NCBI RefSeq assembly: GCF_964204645.1
Contig: NC_134029.1
Location: forward strand, 15,804,950-15,868,949
DNA: 64,000 nucleotides
Reading direction: 5' to 3'
Source of the DNA: Tubulanus polymorphus
Lineage: Eukaryota; Animalia; Nemertea
Below are positions 24,711 through 39,600 of this stretch, piece after piece (positions within the stretch are counted from its first letter, which is position 1; each line of letters begins with the position of its first letter). The notes under the pieces were generated by a model that saw only the letters and a list, made by a program, of their open reading frames with translations, did no database searches and had not been told where the DNA came from. The translations under genes and the position numbers were made by a program.

Positions 24711-26649
24711 TACTTATTTTTGAAGTTTTCATGGGAAATTTTGAGGACACTCTACTTGATCTATCAGATTGTATTCCTGAAGGGTGCGTCAGCATGAGAG
24801 AGATTTTGGGAAAATCGGATACAAGATGGCCGTCCTGTGACCTTTTTGTACCAAAAAATGTGACGTTATTACCACAAGAAATTGCAAGTTGTGCCAGTGC
24901 ATGAAATGCTCTATCTTAATGGTAATTCTTGACATTTGCAGATTGTCAGGTATTTCACCAAGTACTTACTAATCACCTTGAGGGACCCAATATGTTTGTT
25001 AAAGTCTATATTCATACTGAATATATATTATTTTTCACATGCCCCGTTTGAGGGAAATCTATGATAGAATGTATTTATAACACAGTAAACCCAAAGTTAG
25101 ATTGGTCTGGTCAAATCTATCATATGGATTATTTTGTATTATTAGGGCCCAACAGGTCGGTACAAACTATCATGTGGAATGTATTAGTTATTACAGAGGA
25201 AACCATCTGTTTGATTGACCCAATAGATAGGTACAATCTATAATCTATAATCTATAAAATGTAATAGGCCCTATATCATTTATAAAAATATATTAATGCA
25301 ATTGATATAATTTATTTATATACATGTATCTACCCTAGATACACTTTTTTACAAAATACTAGCTTAGTCAGAATCAACATGGTTGACTGGCGGCCATTTT
25401 TTGTTTGCTGAAATCAGCATTTTTAACTTATTTTTGAAGTTTTCAAGGGAAATATTGAGGACACTCTGCTTGATCTATCAGATTGCATTCCTGAAGGGTG
25501 CGTCAGCATGAGAGAGATTTTGGGTCAATCGGATGCAACATGGCCGTCCTGAGTTTCAAGGTCACATGAGCAATTGTAATTTAAAACATAACCAATACAT
25601 ATTCTTCAGATTATTCTCGGGTCGAAATTCAATATTATGATGTAGTGCAAAGTTGCAGATTATGTCCCTATGAACATGTACATCAAGTTTTACAGGGATG
25701 CATTATTCATCATGGTCACCAAGCAGTGCTCAATATCAATGGTTGAAATTAACCGTAATAACATTTGAAAGCAGTTTAGTTTTACTAGTATATCATAAAG
25801 AATATATAAAGTTTAAAGGTCATACCTTTTTCGATATGCTGCCAGGCTGAGGCGATGTTTAATATACATACAATATAATAGTGCACTTCCCGAGTTTCAA
25901 TGTCACAATTTTGATATCCCTACCCAGGTAGCTTACTTTCAAAAAGGTTAATTTAAATAGCTCAAGTACCTGAACAAGTAGTGCCTCCCACTTTGACTGT
26001 GCACGTATGTTTTATATAATTTGACGGGTCATGTATTCAAATTGGTCAATTAAGGGAAAAAATGATACCTTGTTTCTCCGCTCTACCTAGCTTAAAGTTA
26101 ATTTACCCTGCAGCCTATCTACCCAGTACATTATTTTTCTAATCACTATCAGGCATACAATTATAGACCCTGCAGCTATAGAAATGAACTGATTACAAAT
26201 TTTATTGGAATTTACACTATTTCCCGGCAGCTGCAGAGAAACAAAGTATCATTTTTTAACCTAAACCAAATATAGAAATAAATGAATTTTCTTTCTTTTA
26301 ATAGGCAGAATGAAAACACGAAGGCGCTGGTCATCGGATGAAGATAAAATATTTCATACGATCTTGCATTCGTTCCAACAGAATGCCTAATCGTGAACTT
26401 TTGGACGAAGCCACTAAAATGCTGACAAAGAAAATTATAAAAAAGAGAAAGATTCCAAATAAACTTATAATGATGTATGATCCAAGTGTTTGTGTTAAAT
26501 TCACAGGCTTTACCCAAATATCGATTTGATTTTTCTAGGAACCGTATACACATTAGACTGCGCTAAACTTGGATAATTCCTAATTATTGATGTATAGACA
26601 AACATGAGATCAAAATTGAACTGATCCCGATTAGCCAATGATAACAATT

Positions 26650-26724
26650 GAAACCTATTCAATTCTCAACCCCTTCTGACAAAGTTTGATTTAAACTTTG
26701 TCAGATGGGGTTGATATAGGTTTC
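26650..26724. repeat. Isolated palindrome/hairpin
   Basis: TCAACCCCTTCTGACAAAGTTT-GATTT-AAACTTTGTCAGATGGGGTTGA plus outer GAAACCTAT/ATAGGTTTC. Confidence 0.8.
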
Positions 26725-29700
26725 GATAATACAAGACATAGTGGAATTAGGATTAAGGCCTACGTGTATGCGCAAGCACTCTTCGATTTTGAAGGATAAA
26801 CTACATGTATATTGATGACTATGCTGAGTTGATTTAGTAATTTGGTGAATTCAAAGGAAGGAACAGTGCAGGAACTTCCTCACATTGCCAAACGTTTCCA
26901 TGTGGATATGCAGCGGCACTTGAATATGCCATATTACATGAATCCATACATCCCTTCCATTCTCTTGGATTATGCCAATGCAGTACCGTGAAAACAGAAA
27001 ATAAAACAATTATTTCACAGGAAACCACTTAGAATGGTCTATTAAAGTCTCCCATATGGGTATCGGAATGTATAAGTTTGATATAAGACCATATTTGACC
27101 CAATAGATAGTACAATCATGTATCATGTGATATATATTAGTTACTACAGAAAACCAACTGTTTGATGGACCCAACAGATAGGTACAAATATCAAAAGAAA
27201 TATATTAGTTATTACTGAGGGCCCCAATATGTCTGTTTAATATTATCTCATAAACTCAACAGTTTGAAACGGGGGAAATCTTATGATATGAAATGAGAGA
27301 CTACGTAGAAAAAACCAGTGCCTGTGGCTACTAGTCGACAATTTCTAAATTAATTTTCCTGTGCGATTTGGTTTCGTACAATTGAGAGACTACTTTTTTC
27401 AGTAGGGCATTTTTTGGATCACATCACTGGAAATTGGCTTGTGCTTTTGGGCCCCTTCGTTGGTTATCTACAAATGTTTCATATAAGCTATCGACCACAA
27501 TGCTGACACCGTGATGGTCAGAAACTGACCAATTGAGATATGATCCCCGAGTCTGAACGATTCAGACTTCGAATATCGGAAATTTCTCAAGCCATGTTTG
27601 TTTACAAACTACCAAGTATTCATCATTGCAAATTCATAAGCTGACCAACACTGACCACTACTGACGAATTACAATTTCACGAACGTGAGAACGATATACC
27701 GCGTTTGGTGTGAAACTAGAAAAGATTCGCCATTGAAGATTCATAAATTGACCATTGACCACCGATGACCAATTCAAAAAGAATAAGATCACAATACAAT
27801 GATTTACCCCCACTTTCATCCAATCAGCACGATACCATTTAATTGAATCATTAAACGCATTGGGCTTCTGATATTTGAAATCATTTGTTACAATGAAGTT
27901 GATCCTAAGACTTGATCACCTGCGCTACAGAAAACGTACAAGACGAAATTTTAAGATTGTAAAATCCGATTAGGTGATCGTCATTATGACGACAGCTCCA
28001 TCACTGTAATTCTTAAGAGATTAGAACCACTTCTGGGTCGTCACTACAATTAAACTTTGACTCGAAATAATGTTTAATTTACTAATTTGAATAAGCAGTT
28101 CAAACTTGGGACTCATAAGGTGATGACCCAATAGACCTGTACATAATGTTTCCGCAGTTTGAGGCACCCAATAAGTCTGTTAAATCTATGGAATATATAA
28201 TTTTTAGTATGAAACCATATAGGTCCCAATAGGTAAGTAAAGTCTACCATATGAATATATATAAAATTATGTACCGTACAGTAATATCAGGATACACAGC
28301 CGACATCGGGGATTCGTGATTTAAAATATTCACATCTTAGATGAATTCTAGAGGCCATAAGAGCTAATTTTGACCACTTTGACCAATTTTCTAGATGTCA
28401 TAAGAGCTAATTTTTTTAAAAATACATTTTCTTTTCTTCCAAATTTCCTAGATCCGCCTGGTAATGAAAATGTCATCTTAGGTACCGGGTATACGATTGA
28501 TACTATTGAGTCAAAACTTCATCAAAATCGAAAACAAATGGTTCAATTGGATCGAAGATTTAGATTTGTTTAAATCCGTTTACTGGGCAACTTTCATGAA
28601 AAAAACCTGCCTGGTTCAGTGCGGCCGCCTACCGTAAACACTTGTTTTTCTGGTCATTCCACCTGATGATGGCTGTGGTTTCATAGTAATAAATTTGATC
28701 GTATAATTTTAAATTTGAAGTGTAGGATTTCTTCATTTATCTACAGTATACACGGATTATAGTGTTTATTCGACATCTATTAAGCAATCCTTTAGCTAAG
28801 ACTATCTCAGTGGTTATTATTTTGGCATTTCACTGTCAAAGGGTGATCTTACAACAACTTAAATTGGACAGCTCATATATGACCAAACTCAAACTTGTTC
28901 TTGTTGCATGTGGCCCGTACACAGAAAATCCCAACTGCTTTAAATATCACCGTATTTGTGCCTCAGAACAAAATGCTGCTGTTTGCAATTCGGACTAATT
29001 TGATACTCCCCCCCCCCCCTTAAATGCAGAATAACATTTATTATGGCGTCTTGGGTTATTCAATTATTGGTGCGGCATGTCGCTTTACGGTCGCAGGTGG
29101 CACGTCCCTGATCGAGTAGCAAGGCGTTCGCGTTCGGTATTTTTGAAAAGCGTCGGCTGTTTGCGAGGCCGGTGGTGTATCGGAGGGTGCGAGGCTGGTT
29201 GTGTATCGGGGGTGTATGGAGATGACTATTACAAAGGAAACACACCGTTCTGTTGGTCTCGAAATCATATACCGGGTACCCGATATACCGGTATGCTATT
29301 TAAGTTTTATACAAGACCCAATAAGGACTGTCGTGCCCCGAATTCTCTGCTGGTGCTTGAGTCCCAGGTCTCAAATGGTCGTTCTATCTATCATGTGGAA
29401 TGGCATGCAATGGGCTATAACACATTGAAAACCCAATATTCGAGGGACTGTGTGGTGTGTGTGTGTAATGGTCCTATGGATCAGTTTCGTATAAAAACAT
29501 GACCCACTAATACTGTATCAGATTAGTGTGGAGTATATATTTGTTACGAAAGCGTCGACTTATTTCGCAATATCCGAGTCTAAATTCATTTATTTGTCTA
29601 TCCATTAATAAATCAGCCATACCTTTTTCATCAAAATGAACAATACATGAAACAGCATATTTGTATAACAAAATCGTCAACCGGTCGCATAACGAAGGCC

Positions 29701-32700
29701 TGGTAGGATCTTATGAAAATGGTACACGTGTATTTAGCTAAATACACGTGTAATATGAAATTACACGTGTACTTTTGACGTGTATTTTGAAATACACGTG
29801 TAACTTAGGACGTGTATTTTAAAAACACGTGTAAATTCATATGTGGCTTCTGAAATACACGTGCAATCTGGATGCATGTACTAGGCTAAAAAATTATACA
29901 TGTACCTTGTTTCTCATAATTGGTCACTTTTGTAAACTGTAATAAAATTTGAAATTACATCATTTAGCTTCACATGATTTTATTAAAAGTAAGATTGTGC
30001 ATGTAATGTTCGAGGAATTGAAGGAATCTCCTGTCTTTTTAATTGTTTGATCCTCATTTAGTAGTTTTTTCCAGGATGCCGTGTCAAAAGTCATGTTGTT
30101 TGTCCTGTATTGACTAGATTGGATCCTGTATGAATGAAGCACATGTCTTTGTTGCCCCTTGAATAAATCCAAAAACTGTTTCACAAAAATCATGATCTGA
30201 ACAAAAAATTTTGGATATTTTTCATTTATTATCAAGATAACTAGAGGCTTAGGGGACTGCCCAAGCCCCGAATTACAATGTTATTTATGAAAAATGTTGA
30301 ATATATTGCTGTCACCAGCTCGAAGTGTTCTGCTTTCCTTGTAGGCCCATTCATTAATTTTGCTAGCTAGCTCTTCTTAGCCGAGGAGTCTTTTCAGTTG
30401 TTCATTAACGGGCATGTACACAAAAAAATGTCCTTTTTCCTCTAATGTTGCCTTATCATACTGTATAACACATAATGAACATTTGTATCATACCTGCAGT
30501 TTTTTGAATAATGTCTTATATACAGGGCAGTAATATTTGTTCACCTCCGGACATAGAGAAAATCTTTTGAAAATAGGCTAATTAGAACTGCGTAGAACCG
30601 CTTCTCAGTAACAGTAAATTCAACTGATCCAACAATCCAGTCAAAACAGTTGAAGTGGATCCAGCTTTGAGGGAGAACGCCATAATAGTAGTAACAGCCC
30701 CACGATGGTTCACCTCAGCATTTGTGTGGAGAGGATCATCTATTTCCATCAATGAGCTGTGGCTGCAAAACAGATTAAACATTTTTGTGATTGGTCAAGT
30801 TCATATCGGATGAGTAGATTGGCAATTAAGATTGCATTTTTAGTCATAAGGCACTGTATTACTAACTTACGTTGTCATAACCATTGTCTGCATTATTGGT
30901 GGATTGTGGCCATTTTCAATTCTTCCAGATTCTCAAAATCCACTTCTTGAAAAATCGAAATGTCCATCATTTAGCAACATATTACCATCTACAAAACAAA
31001 AAGTAATTTGAGATTAAATTATTCCCAAATAGAACCCATATAGAACTTAAGGCTACAGTAGGCCTATACGACGTAGGTTGATTTCCAGCTAGCGATTTTG
31101 TAGCCTATTGTTGCGATGAACAGTAAACCTCATGCATAACATACCAGATCGGACCTGGATTAAAAGATTACCTAACGACATTAACATTAAACTAAACAAT
31201 TGACCTATGCAATTGCATAATTCTCCATGTCTCTTGTTTGTCCTGTCAACTTTATTGAACTGTCAAACCAATAATATACATGTTTATTGATATTGATAAG
31301 GACCAATAAAGTCAATTTGATTTGCTTACATTTAAAATGATCTTACCTTCAAATGTTTAACATGTAGGCCTACTCGCGTATTTTAACTGGCCTTTTTACT
31401 TGCAATTTCTTTTTCAAACTCCATGCTTGCAAAAGACGAATTCGGTTGGTGTATATCGATATTTACGGGTAATTTTCCACTAAAAAGCGCATCTTTGTGT
31501 TATTTGTCTTCCATTTTGGAACACTACCAAAATGAAAACCTCACTGACGAACTGACGAGCTCTAGATAAATGGTTTTCATGAACAGAAAAACAACCTAGA
31601 CAAAATAATCTCATCTAAATGTTGAATTAAATAGTTAGAGGCCTTATTCATGCACCTTTTTGTCTATTTTTATAATACAGCGTATATTAAAATGAGCGTC
31701 ATTTCTTCACTGAATCGTTATTTTCAATTTACTTAATTGATTTTGCCTTAGCTTCATAATAACCCTTAGTATAAGTAATTTTTGCTAATTAAATATCACT
31801 TAACACGATTATTTTTTAATTCTAATAGAACTAAAATGCAGACATAAAACTTATTAATAATTAAATAATTTATTTCAATTAAACTCCCAAGCACCCCTGC
31901 GCGGTGGCAGCCATATTGCCATTGTTAAGCAACACGTTTTCACAGGTTTTCACGATCTATTCTATTCTCATAATGATTGCAAAACGCAATAATGGATGAC
32001 AATCAGTCCATAAAAGGGGATCATTGACAACTGGGCCGAAAGTGACACTGCTTCTTTGTTTGAGGTCAAACACATAGTGGATCATTGAATGGATCATTGA
32101 AGTAGATTCATTAGAATGGATTGGAACGGAAGTGAAAGAACAAAAAAGTCGAAGGCCATTTATTTATTATTATCCCGCGTATAAAGGACGCGTTGTGGAT
32201 TGTTCAGGTATGATTATTGTTATGTAGTAAAGTAAAGGTTTATAGGTCACTAAAAGAATATGTTTATTGGAATGAAAAGCAACATGACCTAGTATTGAAT
32301 TGAATTTGAATTAGTTAGCATAGTATTAGTTACTTTAGTAGGCCTTAAATGATTGAATGTCCAGTGAAAAAATTGTAAATGATCATTCCAATTGTGAGGG
32401 ATAAAAACGGAGTGTCTTTGGTGTTTATGCATCCAATCTAAAAACTGCAGGGTCATTTAGATTTTGTTGTGCGCCCATCATCGCCATTAAACTTGTATGC
32501 TGGACATGAAATTAGGTCGCTGTCGGAGTTTCGACTGGGGGCAAAAACGACGTTAGTGCAATCAATTCTTGACCATTTTTTTTCAAACTTTATAGGGTCT
32601 ACACCAATAAGAATTGATCCAAGGACAGACACTATAAAATTGGAATTCCCGTTTTTTTGGCTTAAAAATGTGTCCACTGGGGGATTGTTGGAAAACGATG

Positions 32701-32719
32701 TTAGCGCGAGAGAGCCTTC

Positions 32720-33408
32720 AATGCTCTTGATATTTAAGTTACACACATATCTATCCTAGACATGTCTTCAGCCCAAAACTGGTCCGAATCAAGATGGCCA
32801 ACTGCATTGGCCATTTTCGTTCCCCAAAATCATCACTTATGCAATTTTTTGAAGTTTTCAATGGAGATTTTGAAGATGAAGATGGCCATCTTGACACAAG
32901 ATGGCCATCATGTGACCTTTTTTGTACCCAAAAAGGTCATTTTTGCCTTTGAAATTTGTGATGGGTATACATTTCTTAACAATCTAAAACATACGAGACA
33001 GATTTTTTGGATCAGTCAAGCATGACACATTTGGCAGCCATCTTGGTGTCATCAGTTCTCATTCGTAGATAGAAGAAGGTTTTTGAAGGAAAATATCGAC
33101 AGGTTTTGACTTATAGTCTTGATATTTGATAATTGTTACCACTGTTGTAGTATTCACCTCATGTGGAATTGGGGTTACCCAGGTTTTTGTTCTCACCACC
33201 AGGGGGAGTTGAGTATTGAATTATATACAATTTGTCTAATTTATTTTGGTACCTATGAATACATTATAACATCGATCAATTGTAAAATTGTAGCTTGTGA
33301 CATGTTCTATGATTGTGGTGAGTTTCAATGTCCTGTTTCTATTTCATTATGTTGATTGTTTAGCATTCGTAACCATACGGGAATGGTGTCCCTAGACCCC
33401 TTGTTTTT
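32720..33408 (+). mobile_element. Degraded HINE-family copy nested in the TIR element
   Basis: TCTTGATATTT..TTACAC..TATCTATCCTAGACATGTCTTCAGCCCAAAACTGG and 3' ATGGTGTCCCTAGACCCCTTGTTT match copies 1-5. Confidence 0.65.
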
Positions 33409-33842
33409 CATCAGGTGGCGTTGAACATTGAAATTTCCAGATTGTCAAGCAATTCACCATATGGCTTATAATCAAGTCATTAAGAGTGAAAAAACTTAGC
33501 TGTTATATGCAGAAGACTGTTAGAAAAAGCTATATAATTTAATCATCATCCCAAGCAGCTGAAGTTGATTTATTTATCCTCGTAAAGAAATCATTGTATA
33601 CTTTTGCTTAATTTTTTTCAAATGGTTATCATTTCAGAACAATGTCGAAAGGAGAAGGGTGCAAAAGAGGCCAACATAAGACATGCAATTACTCAAAAAT
33701 TTATAAAATTTATGAAGATGAATAAATCAGTTAGTATGGAAAATGTGAATCTCTTGAGTGTTCATTCTAAACAGCACATAGATTAAGGAGATTTCCTCAC
33801 ATGGTGGTTTGATTTGAATTCAACAAAAAATGGCAATCAAAG

Positions 33843-34312
33843 ACACATGTATTTAGCATGAAGTACACGTGTAAGACACGTGTAATATTGGATGAAATAC
33901 ACGTGTAATTAGGATAAAGTACACGTGCAACACTGGATGAAATACACGTGTAATTAGGATGAAGTACACGTGTAATTGGGATAAAGTACATGTGTAATAC
34001 AGGATGAAATACACGTGTAATAAGGATGAACTACACGTGTAGTTAGGATGAAGTACACGTTTAATTTGGATGAAGTACACGTGTAATACACGTGTAATTA
34101 GGATAAAGTACATGTGTAATACAGGATGAAATACACGTGTAATAAGGATGAACTACACGTGTAGTTAGGATGAAGTACACGTGTAATTTGGATGAAGTAC
34201 ACGTGTAATACACGTGTAATTAGGATGAAGTACACGTGTAATTGGGATAAAGTACACGTGTAAAATTGGGCCAATTTTACACGTGTATTTTCATTTACAA
34301 TTACACGTGTAC
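33843..34312. repeat. Subterminal ~21-22 bp tandem repeats (GGATGAAGTACACGTGTAATT)
   Basis: Directly visible; includes a 117-bp higher-order duplication. Confidence 0.9.
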
Positions 34313-35852
34313 CATTTTCGTAAGATGAATCTGGCTCGATGATATCGATATTATATTGATATTGATGATATTTCACTTATTTTAAGGGATTTCTGCCACT
34401 TTCATCTAATTTAAAGCTATCGCGACTACGGATACATGATCCGATCAACAAATCATATTATTAGAGAGCATTACTTCAATATTTGCACTTTTTGCACTTA
34501 TCCAGATGTTAAAATTTAACGAAAAATGAAAGGCAATAATGTACTCACAATAATTGTTGCATTTCTCCATTGCACACAGTAAAATTTTGTAAATTTGTTG
34601 GAAAAAATAATGTTTAATCATTATATGTTTATACACTACCCATGGTTTCTGGTTTTAAACTGACAAGTCTGTGGTCCCCTTGAATCAGTAAAAAGTATCA
34701 ACTGTGAGCACTGTTAGTACTGTGAGCATTTGGCCTCTAGAATTGTTCCAGACTGTATTACAAAATCAGCGATGAATGAATCAAAACTGCAATGGAATCA
34801 CGTTGCAGCCAATTCGGTACCGTCACAAAAATAGAGCGGCTACCCAGATTTCCTGGATCCAGATACCTGCACGTTCGATATAGTCAAATTTTCTTAAAAT
34901 GGGTGAAAAAACAAATTAATCCGACTGAACCAGCATCTATTTTGGCTTCAAGCTGGGATAGACCGATTCGAATTGAGCAAGCTTTGATACGAACGATGAC
35001 CAATGAAAAACGAAATAGAAGAAAAAGAAAGCAGAAAAGTTACGATCTAAATAATTATCACTCCATTTAATTGCAAAATATAATATTTCCGTATAAAATA
35101 TGGCCTCAAACAATGAAACAGCATCAGGATAAAGGGGTAACACTAAAGTATATAGGCTACATATATCTGCATGACACAACTCCAAAATGAGATACAATTG
35201 GGATGCAGATTTTCGGATGCAGTTCCGGCCGCACCTTTAAAGCATTTGCGTGACGGAACGGCCAATCGGCGCGCACCATTGTATGCCAACGTCACGATAT
35301 GATTTTTCTTACGTGACAAATTTAGCCTCTACTAACAATTTGTGAATTCTCAGCAATCTTGCATTATGTGTCAGCGGCATTTTATTTAGATTACCCAAGC
35401 CCAAAATTAACTAGTTCATCATTAATCATTTCGTTGGTCTAAGGATCTCTAAGGCTAAGATAATGATACCATCTTTCCTTTTAAATTGGCCGAGTAATTT
35501 TGTAAACTGCAATAGAATATGTAATCTGTTCATTTCTATAGCTGCCGGGGGTGTTATGGTTAGCTTGATGATGATTTAACGGAAATTTAATATTTTTTTT
35601 TAATAAAAAATTTTAGGTGTGAAAGGGTTAAAGACCCAAAGGGATTACGGGGACAGGCCCAAAAAATCGGTCTGAAAGGAAAAGTCATTTTCATAAAGGG
35701 AAAGCAATACATCGACTAACTGAAGTGATACATCGTCTCTTCAGGTGGTTTTATACCGATTTGACTTTCATTGGTAGCTAAAAAACATGCCCTTCTACTA
35801 GGGCCCGATTTGCAGGTCTCATATGTAAGTCCCGTTAAGTGGGCGTTTTTAA

Positions 35853-36045
<193 letters not shown>

Positions 36046-38057
36046 GATATTTATAATGATCAGTACATCTTGAATTCAGTGAATAGTGAAAATGAACCAT
36101 ATTAGCGCCAGTGAATTGTATCTGTTATCCCTTTTTTTGCTTGATTTAATTAACACCTGCTAGCTGTAGTTTATTCATTAATTTTCCTGAAGTGCTGGTC
36201 GCATTAGCATTATCTCGCAGCACTCGCACCTCATCTAGTTGTGTGAAGTTACGATAGACTTTTTAGTTTAGTGCTAGTATGGATCAGTAGTACCTACTAC
36301 GTGAAATCATGATCCAGAAGCATGTCGAGTTTGGCGTTGCAGGTATCATGTTGTATAGGAGAGTTAATGAATTCAATTAATTGGAGAGTAAGGGGATTAA
36401 GATTACATCGCTGTATTGTTATTTCGATTGTTGTTGGTGTGAATGTGAATTTGCATTGAATTAATATGTAAAACGTCTCAAAAATATTTCATTTTAGGGA
36501 CACCAGAAGAAGCAGGGAGAAGGAAGGCGTTCGTCGTACGATACCAATGACATGGAAGTTGACGCAACCACATTATTTCTTAAATTGAATGACAGCAAAG
36601 CTGGAAAACCAATTCTGACTCTCGTGCCATCGGTTAAACGTCATAACAGGATTAGATATTTTCTAAAAGGAAATGATGTAGATTTATTTTCCCTAGGACA
36701 AATTAACAATCGTTTTATTGTTTTGAAATTACAGCAACATGTAAAGAGTGTGGGAACTTTTCATGTCATTCTATTTTCCGAACCTTTTGTAAAAAATGAA
36801 CAAGTAAATTCACCTAGCCAATTCGTTCATTTGTATGTTAATCTTGTGATTATGTAACATGTATATTTAAGTATGCTTTACGTCAGTATATTTTACCCAG
36901 AATAAAATCTTTTGGCCAACATGTCGTGGAATCTCTTTCACCAAAGTGGACATTTGTCTTCCAATATCACGACTACTATATTAAATTCTAATATCTATAA
37001 GTATAACTATTCACCAAGGATAATGTTTGTATCCAATATTTTTCAGAATATACATGAATACACAAGTTTTTCAAAAGTTATTATTATTAATTTCAATGTA
37101 CAAATTAATTTCAAGATTGGTAGGATTTATCCACACACACGTCCATAATATTATTCATATGTCCAAAGTGCGGTCGAATCGAACATTCGTAAAAATGACG
37201 ATTGTTTAGGCTAATCACATGACATAAATATGGCGGCGTTGAGAAAAAGATTGTACCATTATCAACTACAAGGTGCCGCCATCTTGGAAATCAAATTGCT
37301 CACGGAGCGAGTTAGTCCATAGTAAAATCGTGTTCGTAAAGATTCGGTGTAGATATTCAAACTGTTGGCGGTTAAAATCTGCGGTGTTCCTCTATCAAGA
37401 TGACTGATTTCCATGTATATGGATTATCAGACAAGTCGGCGCTAGAACTCATGACTCATCGAAAAAGACAAAATATTCATAAATGACGAAATTTTTAACA
37501 AAGATAAATGATTTTATTTCTTAAGATTCATGAATTTATTTATATTGTGATTACATTTTTTTAAACATTATATTTACATCATACCGAAATTTGGGATATT
37601 TAACATGATATAATTGCATCAATCAACATTATGATTGCTTGCTTCAATAGCGGAAAAAGTACAGAATAGGAGATCTACTTACAGCGTACGACATGTATAA
37701 ACAATAATATTTCATTTAATACCTGTTGAAAACATTAATACATTTAAAAAAGAAAATATGATACTATCATTCAATACAACCTTGGAATATCGATATAGAA
37801 TTACTAATTTCGATTGCACTGACATGGAATTTGCGCAAGAATAATAACTATGCGGGGAGACTCTCACTCTCTCAAATCACGTTTTGTATTAAAAAATTTT
37901 GTTCTCCCTTATTTGTTGGAGATTACACATTTTTGAATGTTGGAGAAGACCACCTACCAATGGTCAATATTGCCCACTAAATCGATGTTAACCATATGAT
38001 AAAAATTTATGATCTTTCTATTTCGATAATTCAAGTTCATTTCCTGTTCATTTGGTC

Positions 38058-38150
38058 GTTATCATCCCAAGGCCTATAACCCTAAACATAAGAAGTGTAT
38101 CTAGTTATCATCCCAAGGCCTATAACCCTAAACATAAGAAGTGTATCTAG
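38058..38150. repeat. Perfect 46-bp tandem duplication
   Basis: GTTATCATCCCAAGGCCTATAACCCTAAACATAAGAAGTGTATCTA occurs twice. Confidence 0.9.
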
Positions 38151-38254
38151 GCCCCCTGATACGAGATCCTTATGTGAGTCGCATCCCCACATTTCCCCAC
38201 ATTTCAGCTGTTGTCATTTCGCGTAATTCTCCGATTACGCGGAATTTCGGTTAA

Positions 38255-38545
38255 CCCAGCTAACACAAAAACGCCCAAGAAACCTTTCGAAAACGGTATC
38301 GGTTTTTTTGTATTGGAAACGTTCTATTAAAACGTTTCTGCAATGTTATTCATTCTGTGAACACTTTTGAACGTTTTACAAACGTTTTTAGAAAAGCATT
38401 AATGAAACCTTGTCAATACGTTGAAACCCTTGTAGAAACGTTTCAAAAACTTTATTCTTAAACGTTTTTGAAACGTTCATTCATTCCTTTTATTGAAACA
38501 TGACATAAACATGAAAAACGTTTAAAAACCTATCAGCAACGTTTC
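38255..38545 (+). mobile_element. One end of a non-autonomous EnSpm-like element
   Basis: CCCAGCTAACACAAAAACG start followed by many AACGTT subterminal repeats; no matching right TIR seen. Confidence 0.5.
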
Positions 38546-39302
38546 CTCTTTAACCTGCCTGGTGGCAGTAGACAGAGATAAACTACGTATAAGTCATACG
38601 TCAGAGATAAGTCATACGTATACAATACTTATTCCCTCTATGGATATTTTTATTGATAATATAATTCAACAAAATCGATTATCATCAAAAACAAGCATCG
38701 ATGGTTGGACGGATAGAGATATTCCTATTGCGTTTATTTTATGGCATGAGACGGCCCTTTCTATAAGCATCATCTTCGCAGCCACTTTCATCCAGGCGTA
38801 GGCCCCATTAATTCTCTTCTAGCACTCGTCTGGAACAAATAAAGCACATTTAGATTTACAGAAAACCATGGAAGTACGCTCAAATCAACTAATCAATTTG
38901 TTTCAAATATCAGTATGTAATAAATCAATTCTTTTGTTCTTACATTTTAAAAAATACTATGATCAACGGATGATTCGATTCAATTCGATTAGAGATCGGA
39001 AATAGATTGCTCCCAGTGCAACTGACATAGGCGATTTCAAGATGGCGATGTTTGCAGTACACGTGGGCACAGGCAGCCTCATTCCTCTTTAAATCCATTT
39101 GATGTTGATCCAGAAATGGAAGAGTATGGAGATCGATTAGATACATCAAGAACTTCAACACCAGAAACATCGAGAAGAGAAACTCAACCAATCAATAATG
39201 ATCCAAGTCAATTACAAGTAGTATTAGAAAAACAAATTGATAGACTAAACAATTCAGAAGAACAGATAAATAGTACTTTAGATATGTGCAAAATGCAACC
39301 TT

Positions 39303-39600
39303 TATTAGGGTTTTCTGTTTCTTCACAGAAAACCCAATTGAAATTCGCGTGATTATTAGGGTTTCTGCTGCCTTGGCAAAAACCCTATTGGATTCCTGCT
39401 GCTATTATTTTAACATATTTTCCACTGAGTTTCGTCACATAAAAATCATCTACTAGATTTGACTACTAACTTTGAAACGAAATGTTAAACTCTGATAATA
39501 ATATAACAGTCTCTTTCTTCGCGTAGTTTCTATGGATGTACTGTGTTTCCTATTTTAAACTTGAAGTTACTTAAAGATAACACCGGTGGAAATAGCAATC
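39303..39600 (+). repeat. Second HINE-like family fragment; homologous copy at about 42665-42930
   Basis: TATTAGGGTTT(T)CTG..AAAACCC hairpin heads and a shared block ...CCTATTTTAAACTT.AA.TTACTT..AACACC.G.GGAAATA. Confidence 0.5.

Larger units (their letters stand above)
29710..34324. mobile_element. 4.6-kb TIR DNA transposon, CMC/EnSpm-like, decayed
   Basis: TIRs CTTATGAAAATGGTACACGTGTA / TACACGTGTACCATTTTCGTAAG, both flanked by AT (2-bp TSD). Subterminal ACACGTGT arrays at both ends; only broken ORFs inside. Confidence 0.75.

Noticed and set aside
26834-27028. PHD finger fragment
   Set aside because: W.GC.DSC..W.C spacing is suggestive but key Cys/His residues are missing.
29056-29502. Overlapping ORFs in a GC-rich patch
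   Set aside because: No recognisable motifs or splice structure.
33797-34376. ORFs with LHVYFI repeats
   Set aside because: Translations of subterminal tandem repeats.
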